From Octopus sinensis (Eukaryota), in NCBI RefSeq assembly GCF_006345805.1, contig NC_043005.1, forward strand, positions 20,398,001 to 20,462,000: a stretch of DNA of 64,000 nucleotides. Reading direction: 5' to 3'. This document shows, piece by piece, positions 26,283 to 39,333 of this stretch (position 1 is its first letter; the number at the start of each line of letters is the position of its first letter). The position numbers and the translations under genes are program-made. The notes beneath the pieces are model-generated. The model saw nothing but the letters and a program-made list of their open reading frames with translations, was not told where the DNA came from and searched no databases.

Positions 26283-26546
26283 AAACAATTGCAGCGTGGA
26301 AGGTGTTTGTAAGCCATTTAAGAAACACACAAAAGCCGTTTCACTTCAACATTTAAGTTTAATTTGTCAAAATATTTTCGTCGCTAAAATCTGCGACCTG
26401 TTCACTGACAAAAATCCGTGGAACAGGTCGCGGTCTGAAAGCGACGAAAATATTTTGACAAATTAAGCTTAAATGTTGAAGTGAATCGAACGGCTTTTGT
26501 GTGTTTCTTAAATGGCTTACAAACACCTTCCACGCTGCAATTGTTT
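26283..26546. repeat. 264-bp near-perfect palindrome (about 120-bp arms), possibly inverted Penelope-type pLTR segments or a foldback element
   Basis: 26283-26340 is the exact reverse complement of 26489-26546, and the arms continue to the centre. aaagagtttaaa occurs on both sides (about 26274 and 26585). Confidence 0.85.
26363..26412 (-). ncRNA. Hammerhead-like fold with a G3-C8 swapped core
   Basis: Minus strand reads tttgtca GTGAACA g gtcgc agatttta gcgac GAAA atatt t tgacaaa. It has a 7-bp stem I, 5-bp stem II, palindromic helix III AATATT, and one extra G after A9. Confidence 0.5.
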
Positions 26547-26735
26547 GCGTTCCAGCACACGATCTCAGATCAAATCACTTGCTAAAAGAGTTTAAAGCTT
26601 GTGATATAATCACTTATACTTTTCACAGCAATGCTAAAATTATGTTTATTAAGAAAATTATATCTTACATTATCAAATGTTTGTGTGTGTTTTTTTGCAT
26701 GTGTGTGTGCATGTGTTTGTGTGTGTGTGTGTGTG

Positions 26736-26791
<56 letters not shown>

Positions 26792-28963
26792 CGCACGTGC
26801 ATGTGTGTATCCTAATAAATTATTCTTAATATGTAAGTAAATAAAGGCTACAAGCTGAGAGAATCAGTAGCACACTGGGCAAAAAGCATAGTGACATTTT
26901 GTCAGTCTTTAAGTTCTGAGTTGAAATCCTGCCGAAGTTGAGTTTATCTGTCATCCTTTTGAGGTCAGTAAAATAAGTGCCAGATGAGGAGTGGGATTGA
27001 TGTAATCAACTTCCCCTCCTCCAAAATTGCTGGCCTGGTGCTAAAATTTGAAACCAATATGTTACTGGTGTTTGTGGGGTGTGTGCAGGAATACCTGTAT
27101 CCAGGTTTGTGAGTGTGTTTGTGTCCATAATTTTTCTAGGATTCCTAAGGAATATCGATTAGCTACTTTTCCAGGGTATTATGTGATAAGAAAATCTTAC
27201 CCTATCTGTTGCCCATAGGACTGTCAGACAATATAGCACTCTATACTACTACTGGCTAGATGAAATGAGGTACAGACATTTGAGTGTTCAATACAGAACC
27301 CCTACAGTTGTAATTGAGATCATTATATTATTCACAGATGGCTCAGAACATCACAACCTCAATGCAGTACACACATCCTTCTCTTCCTTCACACTCTTCC
27401 TTTAACTTTCTCTCTCACTTCATCTCCTTTCATCATTTGTTATGCTACATCCATGTTATTGTGTAAGCATTAGTTCTTATTGGATGTCCTATTTAGCTCT
27501 CACTTGTGGAGGAGAATTGGAACTGTTAAACTGGCTTTGGTGGTTCATTATTACCTTAGTGAGGCTCTGAAAGGATTACAGGCAAACAGTGATATCTCTG
27601 TTTGCAATAGAAGGATTTGAACTTAAGCCTTCTTGGATTGGTGATAGTGAAGTCATTAATAATCCTCTTAAACCTTTACAAGTCAACACTTACAGAAAAG
27701 ATATGAGCTGGGAGTAGAAAGGAAGGACTGAACCTAGTCCATGGCTAGGTGGTTGAGCACAACAATGTTGTGAGGGGAGTATAGATGGATAGGATAGGAA
27801 TGCTTGAATGGAAGTAGCAGGAGTCCAGTCAGCTCTGAGAAGCATGGTGCAGACTAGAGGCTGGAGTGTGTCTGTGAGTAACTTTAAGCCAGTCATGACT
27901 CTTTCCTGGTTGCAATGTTGGATGTCTGTGTGTGCAGTAGCACAATCCTGTACGTCTCATTTGAGCTCTCTTGAGCATCAATAGCTGTTGGAGCTGACAA
28001 GAAAGGCTAGTTGTTTAAGGTGGCGAGCTGGCAGAAATGTTAGCAAAGGCGGTGAGCTGGCAGAAACGTTAGCGCGCTGGGCGAAATGCTTAACAGTATT
28101 TCATCCACTGCTTCATTCTGAGTTCAAATTCCGCCGTTTGTCTGTCCTTGTTTGTTTGTCCTCTCTGTGTTTAGCCCCTTGTGGGTAGTAAAGAAATAGG
28201 TATTTTGTCTGTTACTACATTCTGAGTTCAAATTCCACCAGTGCTTTTTAAGTGGCACCAGTACCGGTGCTTTCTATATGCAACCTATCTCTCTCTCTCT
28301 CTCCTCTCTCCTCTCTCTTTATATATATATGTTTTTTAATTGACAAATAACTTGGACACTGTTGTATTACTGTTCAGTATAGTGGTGGTGGTGTTAACAG
28401 GGATATTGGTCAGTCGATGTGGCAGTGGTGGTTGGACCTCCAAAAGGGTACTTTATTTCATTTTATTTTTATATTGTCAATCACTTGACACCTGTGCTTT
28501 AGTGCAATTAATTATTCTCTGTACAACTGAAAATTATATTAGTTTATAAAATATGGACTATGAGAGGCAAAAGACTGAATGAGAATGTTTCGGGTACAAC
28601 TTAGACAGGAGCAGAGGATTGAATTACTGGAACAATCATTGGAGCAGCAACTTTGAACAAGAGAAAATATAAATGAAAGGAGATGTGATGAGTATTTACA
28701 ACAGTTAAGAGAAAAAGTTCAAGACAGAAGAGAAAATAAAAATAAATGAGAGCATCAAGAAAACTGAAACTCATGGTTGAAGGTTACAATATTGGTTAAA
28801 ATGAATATTCTATGTAATAATCAGTGCTTTCAGGGATATTGTTTCTTGAGATTGTACCTTCAATACTACTTGCTTTTATATCATCTCAAAAATTAAGTGC
28901 TTCAGAAAAATTTACAATTCCATCTTAAAATTTTCAAAATAACTGGAATTTCTACAAGTTGTC

Positions 28964-29990
28964 ATCATCATGTATCGTACATCTGCAGGGCATTGATAAT
29001 ACTACAGCAAAAGTCATCCCAGTTATGTGTGAGTTCTCCAGCTACCTTGCCAGTCTTGTCCGACCAGCTCTTGATATTGTCCATGTACTGTGTTTTTCCT
29101 TGCGTTTTGATCTACTGCCCTCTACTCTTCCTTCTATGATAATGTTTTCCAAACCTCTACTTCTTCGAATATGGCCAAAATAGATGAGGCTTTATTTTTC
29201 ACAATGTTCAGTAGTGTCATCTTTCATCTTCTTGTGGCACCTATTCATTTGTCCAATGATCATTGTAAGAGATCTGTGACATTTTCTTATACATCCACAT
29301 TTTAAATGCATTGATTATGTTCTCTTCAAATTTGTTCAGAGTCCCTGCTTTACAACTATAAATGCCAATTGGCCAAATGAGTGCTCACACTAGCCTTGTT
29401 TTTAACCAAGTTGAGACACTTTTGCTGGTTCATATGTTATTAAGCTTTTCCACAAGTATACTTGCTATGGTTACTAGAGTTATAATTTCTTTGATTCGTG
29501 AGGTTTCAAAGGAGATTTGGTCTCCAAAATATTTGCACAATTCAACCTATTCAAGCCTTTCACTGCCCAGTTTGACATTAACATTTATTTTCTCTTTTTT
29601 TACTACCATGACTTTTGTTTTCTTATGGTTGAGAAAAAGAACATGTGTAATTGATACCTTCTCAACTTTGCTTATCATTTCTTGTAGTTTTGCTTCCTTC
29701 TTGGCAAGTATAGCAGGTATCATTTGCATACCTTAGATTAGAAATATGCAAGCCATGTATTTTGATGCCATCGCCTTCCTGTATAGCTTTTTGCATTATT
29801 CACTCAATGCAGATGTTAAACAAACTTGGAGAAAGAAAACTGCCCAAACAAATTCCTTTCCCATTTTTGAACTTTTCTGTATTCTCATTATTTTCCTTAG
29901 GTACTGCTAGTTTGTGTTTTAGTTTGTTAGTGTCCACAATCTTCAAGTCATGGGTAGACATATAAGCATTTTCTATAAGATTTTAGTTGA
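28964..29990 (-). mobile_element. RTE-clade LINE 3' portion
   Basis: RT-end motif (Y)ADDT..LAKKEAKLQEMISKV...LNHKKTKVM and C-terminal YFGHIRR..LENIIIEGRVEG. Ends in a gatgatgac tail. Confidence 0.8.
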
Positions 29991-30404
29991 AAAAATACCA
30001 GTCTAGGAGCAAAAACTGTTAGGTAAGTTATTACATTTTAGTTAAAATGAGTATTAGTGTTTTTTTTTTGTGAGTGGGACAAGTTGTAGAGGGAGACTGT
30101 AACTGGTGAATCAGTAAAAATTGTAGAGATTTAGTTTTAGAAGAGAAAAGATTAAACGAAATGTTTATTAAGAGGAAGAGTGGGTTAAGAGTAAGAGAGT
30201 TCAGCAATTAAAGAAGTGACTGCAACAGCTTATTTGGAGACCCTCTAACATCTGCTGAATTCAAAACAGCAGAAGTTGTTAAGTTCCACATCAGCCTTGT
30301 TCAAGCAAGCTTATGATGAAAGGTGTTCTAGTAAGTTTATCTGAGATTATATTATTTAATAGATCCTTCACTTTTTTTTTCTACATTGACACGGATGGGG
30401 TTTT

Positions 30405-30830
30405 GTGGTAAGAACTTTGCCTTCCAATCATATGGTTCTAGGTTCAGTTCCACTGCTTGGCATATTGGGGCAAGTGTATCTTTTATAGCTCTGGGCCAAT
30501 TAAAACCTTGTGAGTGGATTTAGTTGAAGGAAATGCACACATACAATCTTACACACACAGAGACACATATGCACACATACATACTTACACACACACACGC
30601 ACACACACATGTACATACACACACATATATAAATGTATGTGTCTTTGTGTTTGTGTTTGTTTGAAACCCACCACTTCTTGATATCCAGCATTGGTTCATT
30701 TACATCTCTGTAACTTAGCAGTTTGGTCATAAGAGACTAATAAAATAAGTACCAGACTTAAAAAATAAGTACTGGGGTTAATTTGTTTGACGAAAACCCT
30801 CAAGGTGGTGCCCCAGTATGGCTACAACCA
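30405..30830 (+). mobile_element. SINE family S3 with a central (TG/TA)n microsatellite (representative copy)
   Basis: Head ggttcagttccactg...gggcaagtgt...ttgtgagtggatt and 3' part tttacatccctgtaacttagc...gataga. Other copies at about 21660-21800, 21830-22220(-), 24260-24920 (interrupted), 32620-32790, 35040-35150, 42790-42960(-), 52710-52985 and 62000-62200. Confidence 0.85.
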
Positions 30831-31107
30831 CTTGACTGGCACCCACCTGGTGGCATGTAAAAAGCACCATTTGAGCATGGTCGGTGCCAGTGCTACCTAA
30901 CTGGCCCTTGTGCCAGTGGCATGTAAAAAGCACCCACTACACTCTCAGAGTGGTTGGTGTTAGAAAGGGCATCCAGCTGTAGAAACCTCGCCAGATCAGA
31001 CTGGAGCCTGGTGCAGCCTCCTGGTTTGCCAGCCCCCAGTCAAACCATCCAACTCAAGCCAACATGGAAAGCGGATGTTAAACGATGACGACAACGACAA
31101 CGACAAC

Positions 31108-31155
<48 letters not shown>

Positions 31156-32927
31156 AAAAGAAAGATTAAATGGCAATCTGATTTAAGAGAGATTTAGTTA
31201 TTACAAACTGGTCAAGCAACCAAGTAGATACTGTAGTAGCAGCTGAGGAAGTAGTAAAGCTGTATTTCATGTATGCTACTTTCCATTAGATAATCAAAAG
31301 GAATATTTGGATCGACATTAATCAAGCTGTTTAACATACAATATACGAAAAGTACATTGTTACCAATACATTCAGTATTTCAGTGTATCCCTCAATCCCC
31401 AAAATATTTAACAGAAAAGTGCATTGTTAGATAATTATCTGTATGAACATATCTCTCTCATATTTTAGTGTTTTAAAGGCAGGAAGCTGGCAGAACCATT
31501 AGCATGCAGGACAAAATGCTTAGTGAAATTTTGTCTGTCTTTACATTCTGAGCTCAAATTCTACCTAGGTTGCCTTTGCCTTTCAAATTTTGTATGTCTT
31601 TACATTCTGAGCTCAAATTCTACCTAGGTTGACTTTGCCTTTCAAATTTTCAGAGTCGATAAAATAACTATCAGTCAAGTACTGTGTTGTAATTGATTCA
31701 CACTTCCCCTCAAAAACTGCTAGCCCTGTGCCAAAATTTGAAACCATATTTTAGTGTTTCAAATGTATATGATTTCCTCAATATTGAACCATAGTTTATT
31801 CAGAATATACGATGTTGAATCAAGTAGATAATTTTATAAAAAGAAGCAACATTTTGTAAAAACTATGAGGGACCAGTATAAAATCTGAAATAATGAATCT
31901 AGCATACAAACATGATGAAATCAGTAACACGTAATTTTTGAGGGGTTAATACATATGGTAGTAGGTATGTGCAACAGAGGAAGGATACAGCTTCACATTG
32001 ATTGAGCTATGTGTGAATAAATGCTGCCTACTATAGGCTGATAATGCCATTTTTGTTTTATTTAAACTGATTTTATTTATGTTAAAAATGTATTTCCGTT
32101 TTGCTTTCACAAAGAAAATTTGCTAATTGTATATCATAGATACATCATCATCATTGTTTAACGTCTGCTTTCCATGCTAGCATGGGTTGGACAAAAGAGT
32201 AAATTTAATACACTAAATAATATCAGTGATAATCTATTTCTGTTGTATGGTTGTGGATATTTTATCATGGATGGTAGTGGCTTCCTTATCCTGAACTTAT
32301 TGAAACAAATTGAAAAAGTCCTCTTACACAACAATGTGTCTTGCAGAAAGCAAGTGCTACATTAAATGTCAAAACCAACTTTGGGTTGATTTATTCCTCA
32401 TATATTAGTGAATATTTTTGATGTCCAGTAGTTTTCTCACTTGTATTTTTGTATGATTAATTTTTCGTAAGTAAACATGGAACACAGAATCTCTCCTACA
32501 GATACAGAAACATGCACACACATATACAAGGGTGATGCTTTCTTTGTTGTCATACTGTCAGATGGCCATCTGTTTGGCAGTTGACTCTAGCTATAATTTA
32601 TCATCATTGCTTAAACAAGTGTGGCCATGTGGTGTGGTAAAGAGGTTTGCTTTGCAAGCAACCTCATGGTTTTGAGTTCAGTTACATTGCGTGGCACATT
32701 GGGCAAGTGTCTTCTTCTATAGTCCTGGGCCACTTACTAAAGTATTGTAAGTGGATTTGATAGAGAGAAACTGAAAGAAATCTGTTGTGTGCATGTGTGT
32801 ATATACTGTATATATATATATACACATGTATTGAAATTTTTTCTGATTTTTCTGATTTTTTATATGCTAGGCTACTGGTATTGATATTAATTAAATCAAT
32901 ATTCAATTTATCTCCTTCATTATTTAA

Positions 32928-32975
<48 letters not shown>

Positions 32976-33362
32976 TTACCAGCGTCGCCTTACTGGCACT
33001 TATGCCTGTGTTAGTAGAGTGCCAAGAACACCATCCGAGCGTGATTGTTGCCAGAGCAGCCAACTGGCTTCCGTACCCATAAAAGGGCACCATTTGAGCA
33101 TGATCATTACTAACGTTGCTTCACTGGCACCTGTGCTGGTGGCACGTGTAAAAAGATTTGAGTGAGGTCATTGCCAGTACCGCCTGACTGGCCCCCGTGC
33201 AGGTGGCACGTAAAAAGCACCCACTACACTCTCGGAGAGAATAACTTATAAGTTATTCTTGTTTTGATTATAATCATCCTATGGATTTATATGGATAACA
33301 CCATACAGAATTCTGGTGCATCTAACTTAAGTACCATATTCATTTGAATCTAAATTTTGCGG

Positions 33363-33412
<50 letters not shown>

Positions 33413-33419
33413 AGAGAAG

Positions 33420-34544
33420 GGGTGTATTTCCATGCAGGAAAAAATATAGGCGACCTTGTTTTTGAAAATGTGCCTGGATTTGAAAAACTTGCATTTGTTT
33501 TTAAATAAATTTATTTAAATACATACCAAACTAGTTTCATCAATGTTTTGTTTATCAATGGTATAAATGTATATAAAACATTGGGATTTTAACAGACTTT
33601 AAAATTACAAAGTAGAAAACATGTTTAAATGATTAAATGTTCACAAAATTCAATGATAGGGGTAGATAATATCAAAAATGATTGGCGAAGAATATAAAAA
33701 ATGTGGATTACTAAAAGTTTGGTCATATTGAGTTATTACAGAATATGTGGACAAAAGAGTGAAAGAAGGGAGTAAAGAAAGGTCTTTATTTTACAGTTTC
33801 TGTCGTCTTGTATGTAGTTCTTTTTTTTTTCTATTGCATACAGGGCTTTTCGCTTTTAACAAAGGGTTTTGGAATCAGAGTAAATATATGTTTTTCCGTG
33901 AATGAATAAAATTTTTGATTCATTATAATTCTGATGATGTGTTATTCTTTCTTGTGGTCAAGTTCCCTGAAGGGAATGGTCATCAACTGTTCCAGTTGGT
34001 TGATTGTATTAAGGGTCAGTTAGTTTTTTTTCTTGAGGGTCTGATTCGGATTGGAAGTAAAATATCACTGGTCTAGCAATAAGTGACATTAGCAACTGGT
34101 GCTTGTGAAGGTGTATGATGTCATTGTATAGTGATTTGGAGCTACTGTTTTGACACCCAGGGAGAAGACTGTTACTAAAGTTTTCGAATTATATCAGTTG
34201 TATCTGGTTGTTTTTTTGTGGAGAAAATCTGTTTTTTCTTCTTTCTAGTGTGCAATTAAAAGATATTTAGTTGCATATTATATTTTTAAATGAGTATGCT
34301 GTCCTTATTCAATCAGAATTGGGTTGAAGTGTTTTCAGTGCATTGATAGAGAGGGAAGATTTGGTATTTCAGGTTTATGTCTGCAGGGCATTAATCTAGG
34401 TGTTTTCCTGGTTGTGTGGTCCTGGATTTATTGCCTGTGTACTGTCAGTCTATCCCTCATGGTAAAACTAGTTTGACATGTGTAGTTTCTATCACACACA
34501 CTACTTTTGAGGACATAGATTAAATTCTTTGATGCACAAGTGAA

Positions 34545-34545
<1 letters not shown>
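33420..34545 (-). mobile_element. Penelope-like element 3' part (GIY-YIG endonuclease remnant), bounded by (TA)n
   Basis: Minus-strand translation from 34540 gives HFTCASKNLIYVLKSSVCDRNYTCQTSFTMRDRLTVHRQ*I, then KYQIFPLYQ...KYNMQLN. Confidence 0.7.
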
Positions 34546-34594
<49 letters not shown>

Positions 34595-35438
34595 AATTTA
34601 ATTAAATGATATGTAGCCTTGTGAAGAGATGGCTGCATCCAAGGAAATACTGGTTCAATACTTAGTATTTTGGGGGAATGAAATACCCTTGAAGAAAAGA
34701 AAATGGAGAAAAGGAAGTTAATAATTATTTATTATTAACAAATTGATCATCTTCACTTTGTACAGCTCTTTCAATTAATACTCAATAATTGTACATTTGT
34801 ACATTAAATTTACATTTATGTGACATGTGTATAATTTCATCAAAGGAAAAAAGAGATGTACCTTTGGATGTTATATGTTGACTTATCAATTCACTTCAAA
34901 CATTTTCTTTTCTTCTTTTAAATATATATATATGTATTGTCAATAGTTCATGTATCTGAAAAAAAAAAACAAAAAAACATACTCTAAAGCATTAGAGCAG
35001 TAATATATCTTTTAAGGACTGATATATATATATCAAACCACATCATTTTAGGTTCAGTCCCACTGTGTGGTACCTTGGGCAAGTGTCTTCTAACAAAAGC
35101 CTTGTGAGTGGATTTGGTAGACAGAAACTGAAAGATACCTGTTGTGTGTGTGAAGAGTTTTCTATTTTCTCTCTTTTTACATCTTTAATATTACAATGCT
35201 TCAAGTGAACTACAACACTATATATATATATGTATATATATAAAATCTTCTTCGGCTGTCCATCATAGTTTTATGTTGACTCTTCTTGTTCAATAATCAT
35301 CTCTGGCAGGCTTGCATGTGGACTGCAAGGTTTGCTTTTGATCTGCAGCAGCAATGATATCAGCTGCAGGTGAAGCTAGTTGATGTAATGGAGAAGTGAT
35401 GTGTGTTATGTACTCTTTTGTATTCCCTGCATGCATGC

Positions 35439-35473
<35 letters not shown>

Positions 35474-35584
35474 TGTATGTATGTATGTATGTATGTATGT
35501 ATGTATGTATGTATGTATGCATGTATGCATGTATATATATATATATATATATATATACATACATACATGCATATATATATACAA

Positions 35585-36540
35585 ATAAATTAGGGTACTG
35601 GAATACCACTTGCTAGAAATAGGAGTTAACATTACAACGCCACAAATTTCTCACTATTAAGAAACATGTACAGTGAATGTAACAAATATAATAAAAACAG
35701 GCCTTACCTTGTATAAACTGCAAAGCAAGAACAGATATCTTCGTATCAACTGATCTCACCTTTTGTACACTAGAACTTAAGTATCATCAACCAAGTTTTC
35801 TGTATTCATCTATTTTTCAAAATATTCATTCCATTACACCATCTGTGTTTGTTCATTTGAATGCCCTTGCATCATTAAAAAATCAACATAATATGAGTTA
35901 GTATAATTTAAAATTTAATAAGTACTAATAGCATTATTCAAAATAACAGTAATGATAAAGTGGCCAGCAAGTTTAACCTAAATAGGTAAAATAGACAAAT
36001 AATTTAGGATACCAGAATACCACTTGCTAAAAATACGAGTTAATACTCCAGAGCCACAAACTTCTCACTATTAAGAAGCATGTAGAGAGAATGTAACGAA
36101 TATAATAAAAACAGGCCTTACCTTGTATAATCTACAAAGCAAGAACAGATATCTTGGTATCAATTGATTTCAACTTTTGTACCTTAGCATAATACTTAAG
36201 GATCGTCAGCCAAGCTTACTGTATAAATGCATATGGTGTAATGGAATGAATATTTTGAAAAATAGATGAATATGGTAAGCTTGGGTGATGATTGTTAAGT
36301 ACTAATGTATAAAAGGTGATATCAGTTGATACTAAAATATCTGTTCTTGCTTTGTGGTTTATACAAGGTAAGGCCTGTTTTTATCATATTTGTTATATTC
36401 ACTGTGTGTGTTTATTAATAGTGAGAAATTTGTGGTTTTGTAATGTTAACTCCTATTTCTAGCAAGTGATATTCTGGTATCCTAATTTATTTTACCTATT
36501 TAGGTTAAACTTGCTGGCCACTTTATAATTATTGTTATTT
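35585..36540. repeat. Three copies of a unit of about 300 bp: two direct (35585-35850, 35938-36228) and one inverted (36234-36540)
   Basis: Shared blocks such as aaaacaggccttaccttgtataa and its reverse complement ttatacaaggtaaggcctgtttt at 36359-36381. Confidence 0.9.
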
Positions 36541-36979
36541 AATGATGGTAATAAAACTATTTAATTATATATATATCATCATCGTTTAGCATCTGCTTTC
36601 CATGCTAGCATGGGTTGGACGGTTCAACTGGGGTCTGGGAAGCCAGAAGGCTGCACCAGGCCCAGTCTGATCTGGCAATGTTTCTACGACTGGATGCCCT
36701 TCCTAACGCCAACCACTCCGTGAGTGTAGTGGGTGCTTTTTACGTGCCACCGGCACAGGTGCCATGCGAGGCTGGCAATGGCCATGAACGGATGGTGCTT
36801 TTTATGTGCCACCGGCACGAGGCCAGTCGGGGCGGCGCTGGCAACGGTCATGTTCGGATGGTTCTCTTATGTGCCACCGGCACTGGTATCACAGCTGCAA
36901 TTTCCATTAATGTTGATCAATTTCGATTTCTCACTTGCCTCAACAGGTCTTCACAAGTAGAGTTTTGTGTGCCCAGAAG

Positions 36980-37016
<37 letters not shown>

Positions 37017-37272
37017 TTATACTTAAATTCGATTAGTGGTTGTGTTAACCTCATGAAGGGATGATTTTTTCATCCAAGGAAATACTAGTTTAGTACCTAA
37101 TATTTTGGGGAAATTAATTTCCTTAAAATAATAGGTGTATATGTATATATATAAAACATGTTGTTTATATTCATTTTAAAGAAGAAAAAAATGGAAATCA
37201 GGAAGTTAATAATTGTTTATTATCAAAGCAAATTAATCATCATCCCTTACAGCTGTTTCAATTAATACTCAG

Positions 37273-37352
<80 letters not shown>

Positions 37353-37437
37353 TAGATAAATTATAATGTTTGGCTATTCCTTCTAGTGTGCTAGGTTTCC
37401 TATGATGGTTACCTCTTATGTCTTTAAATGTACACTG

Positions 37438-37507
<70 letters not shown>

Positions 37508-38199
37508 CATGCATGCATATAGATAGATAGATACTGTATATATTTATATATGCTGTGTATGTGTGTATAAGTATGCATGTTTGTTTCTCCTTGTCTTGAC
37601 ACTGTGTGATAGTTGTAAAACAAGTGTCATTGTTATACAAGCAGTGTCATTCATTTCCAGTATTCAGTGAAAACACGACTGGCCATGAAGAAATACTAAC
37701 TTGCTTGAAATCAGGTGATGGTTAGGGACAGTAAGGGCATCCAGCCATAGAAAATCTGCTTCAGTAAACTCTGCCTGACCCCAGTCATGGATGGAAAAGT
37801 GAAAGCTAAAACTATGATGATGATAATTTTCCATGTTGTATGAGTCAGCCATGGCTATGTAAGGGTAGATCTTTCTATGACAGGATGCTCTTTCTGTCAC
37901 CAACCATCACCTGTTTCCTAGCAAGGTAGTATTTCCCCTAGGTTATTGAAGAATGACTAACCTATGTGTGCTTTACATGAAGAATTAAAAAAAAAACTAC
38001 ACCAACTTGCATTAATGCTAATCTTTGTTTGTAGTCAGTATGCATGTCACAATAAAGAGAAAATGCATACTTACTCATGTACATGCACATCTACACACAC
38101 ACACACATGCACACGTGTGTGTGTGTAATATTGTAGTGAGTCAGATCCAAAGTAACCAACAATATTTTTATGACTTCTCTAAAAGATTCATCCCTTTTA

Positions 38200-39264
38200 A
38201 GAGAAAGGAGGTTATCTCTCTTCCTCCTTGCATGCAAGTATCAACTTCAGTCATGGAACCACATGGGCCACAATCTCCAGATTTCATATAAAATGATGTT
38301 GGCAGCAATATCTTTATTTTTATTCTGCACTGTGTTTTGAACATCATGGAAATTTACTTGGTACTGCTGTTTTGGTTGCAGACCAGTAACTGTTCACTAT
38401 AGTTTATGTGTGTTATAGCAGGTCGAAAATCAAACAATAATGTAGTGTTAATATATTTAATGCACAAATCTTTAAAAAGATCACTAAAAATATATATGAT
38501 TAACATTATTCCCTTTGTTCCATTAATGAGCTGTGGCTTGAGTAATGGAAAAGAGTGAAGGATATGCATAGCTGAATAAATCCAGTAAGTGAGAATAATT
38601 AACAGGCCACAATTAATCAGCTTTCTTCATATTAAGGCTTGTTTACAACTCTACCTTGCTGTATATATGGACATAAACAGACTGCATCTGACCAATATAT
38701 TGGCTCAGTTAAGAGGCAGCATCATCATAAGATCTTGGAACACTTTTTTAAAAAATCATACTACCTGACAATGTTCCACCATTGACGTTTTTGTTAAGAA
38801 GAAATATCAACTAATATCTATGCAGAGATATTTTTGGATAACAGAGGCACACTTTATTACAGAGTTGAAGCTTATAATGAACCCCCAGGGTTAGCTTGAA
38901 ATGTGGCAACATATATTCTGCTTCTTAGAACAGAAAGAGAATCCAGCCCCACTTTGTTTCAAAAACATGAGTGCTTAGTCTAATGAAGGATTGTAACTCT
39001 GAAACTCTTACTAAACAAACTGCAGCATACTCAGCAACAAGGCTCAATCCAAAGTTATTTGCCAGTCAAGGTTATACTAATGTAGGTAACCTATCTGCTG
39101 GTATATCTTGCTAATGGCCTATTAGGTTAGAACAAAAGTCCTGTTGCATTTAAATCAATGAAAACAACCCTAAAAAAATTGAATTAAAATTGAATTACAA
39201 TAGTACATGCAACATGATGAAGCCTCAAACTATTTGCTAAGGTTATTTCACTCTCTCACTCTTT

Positions 39265-39333
<69 letters not shown>

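Noticed and set aside
33835-33890. Possible hammerhead on the minus strand in the Penelope fragment (ctgattc...cgaaa)
   Set aside because: The core lacks G8 and A9, and stems I and III cannot be formed convincingly.
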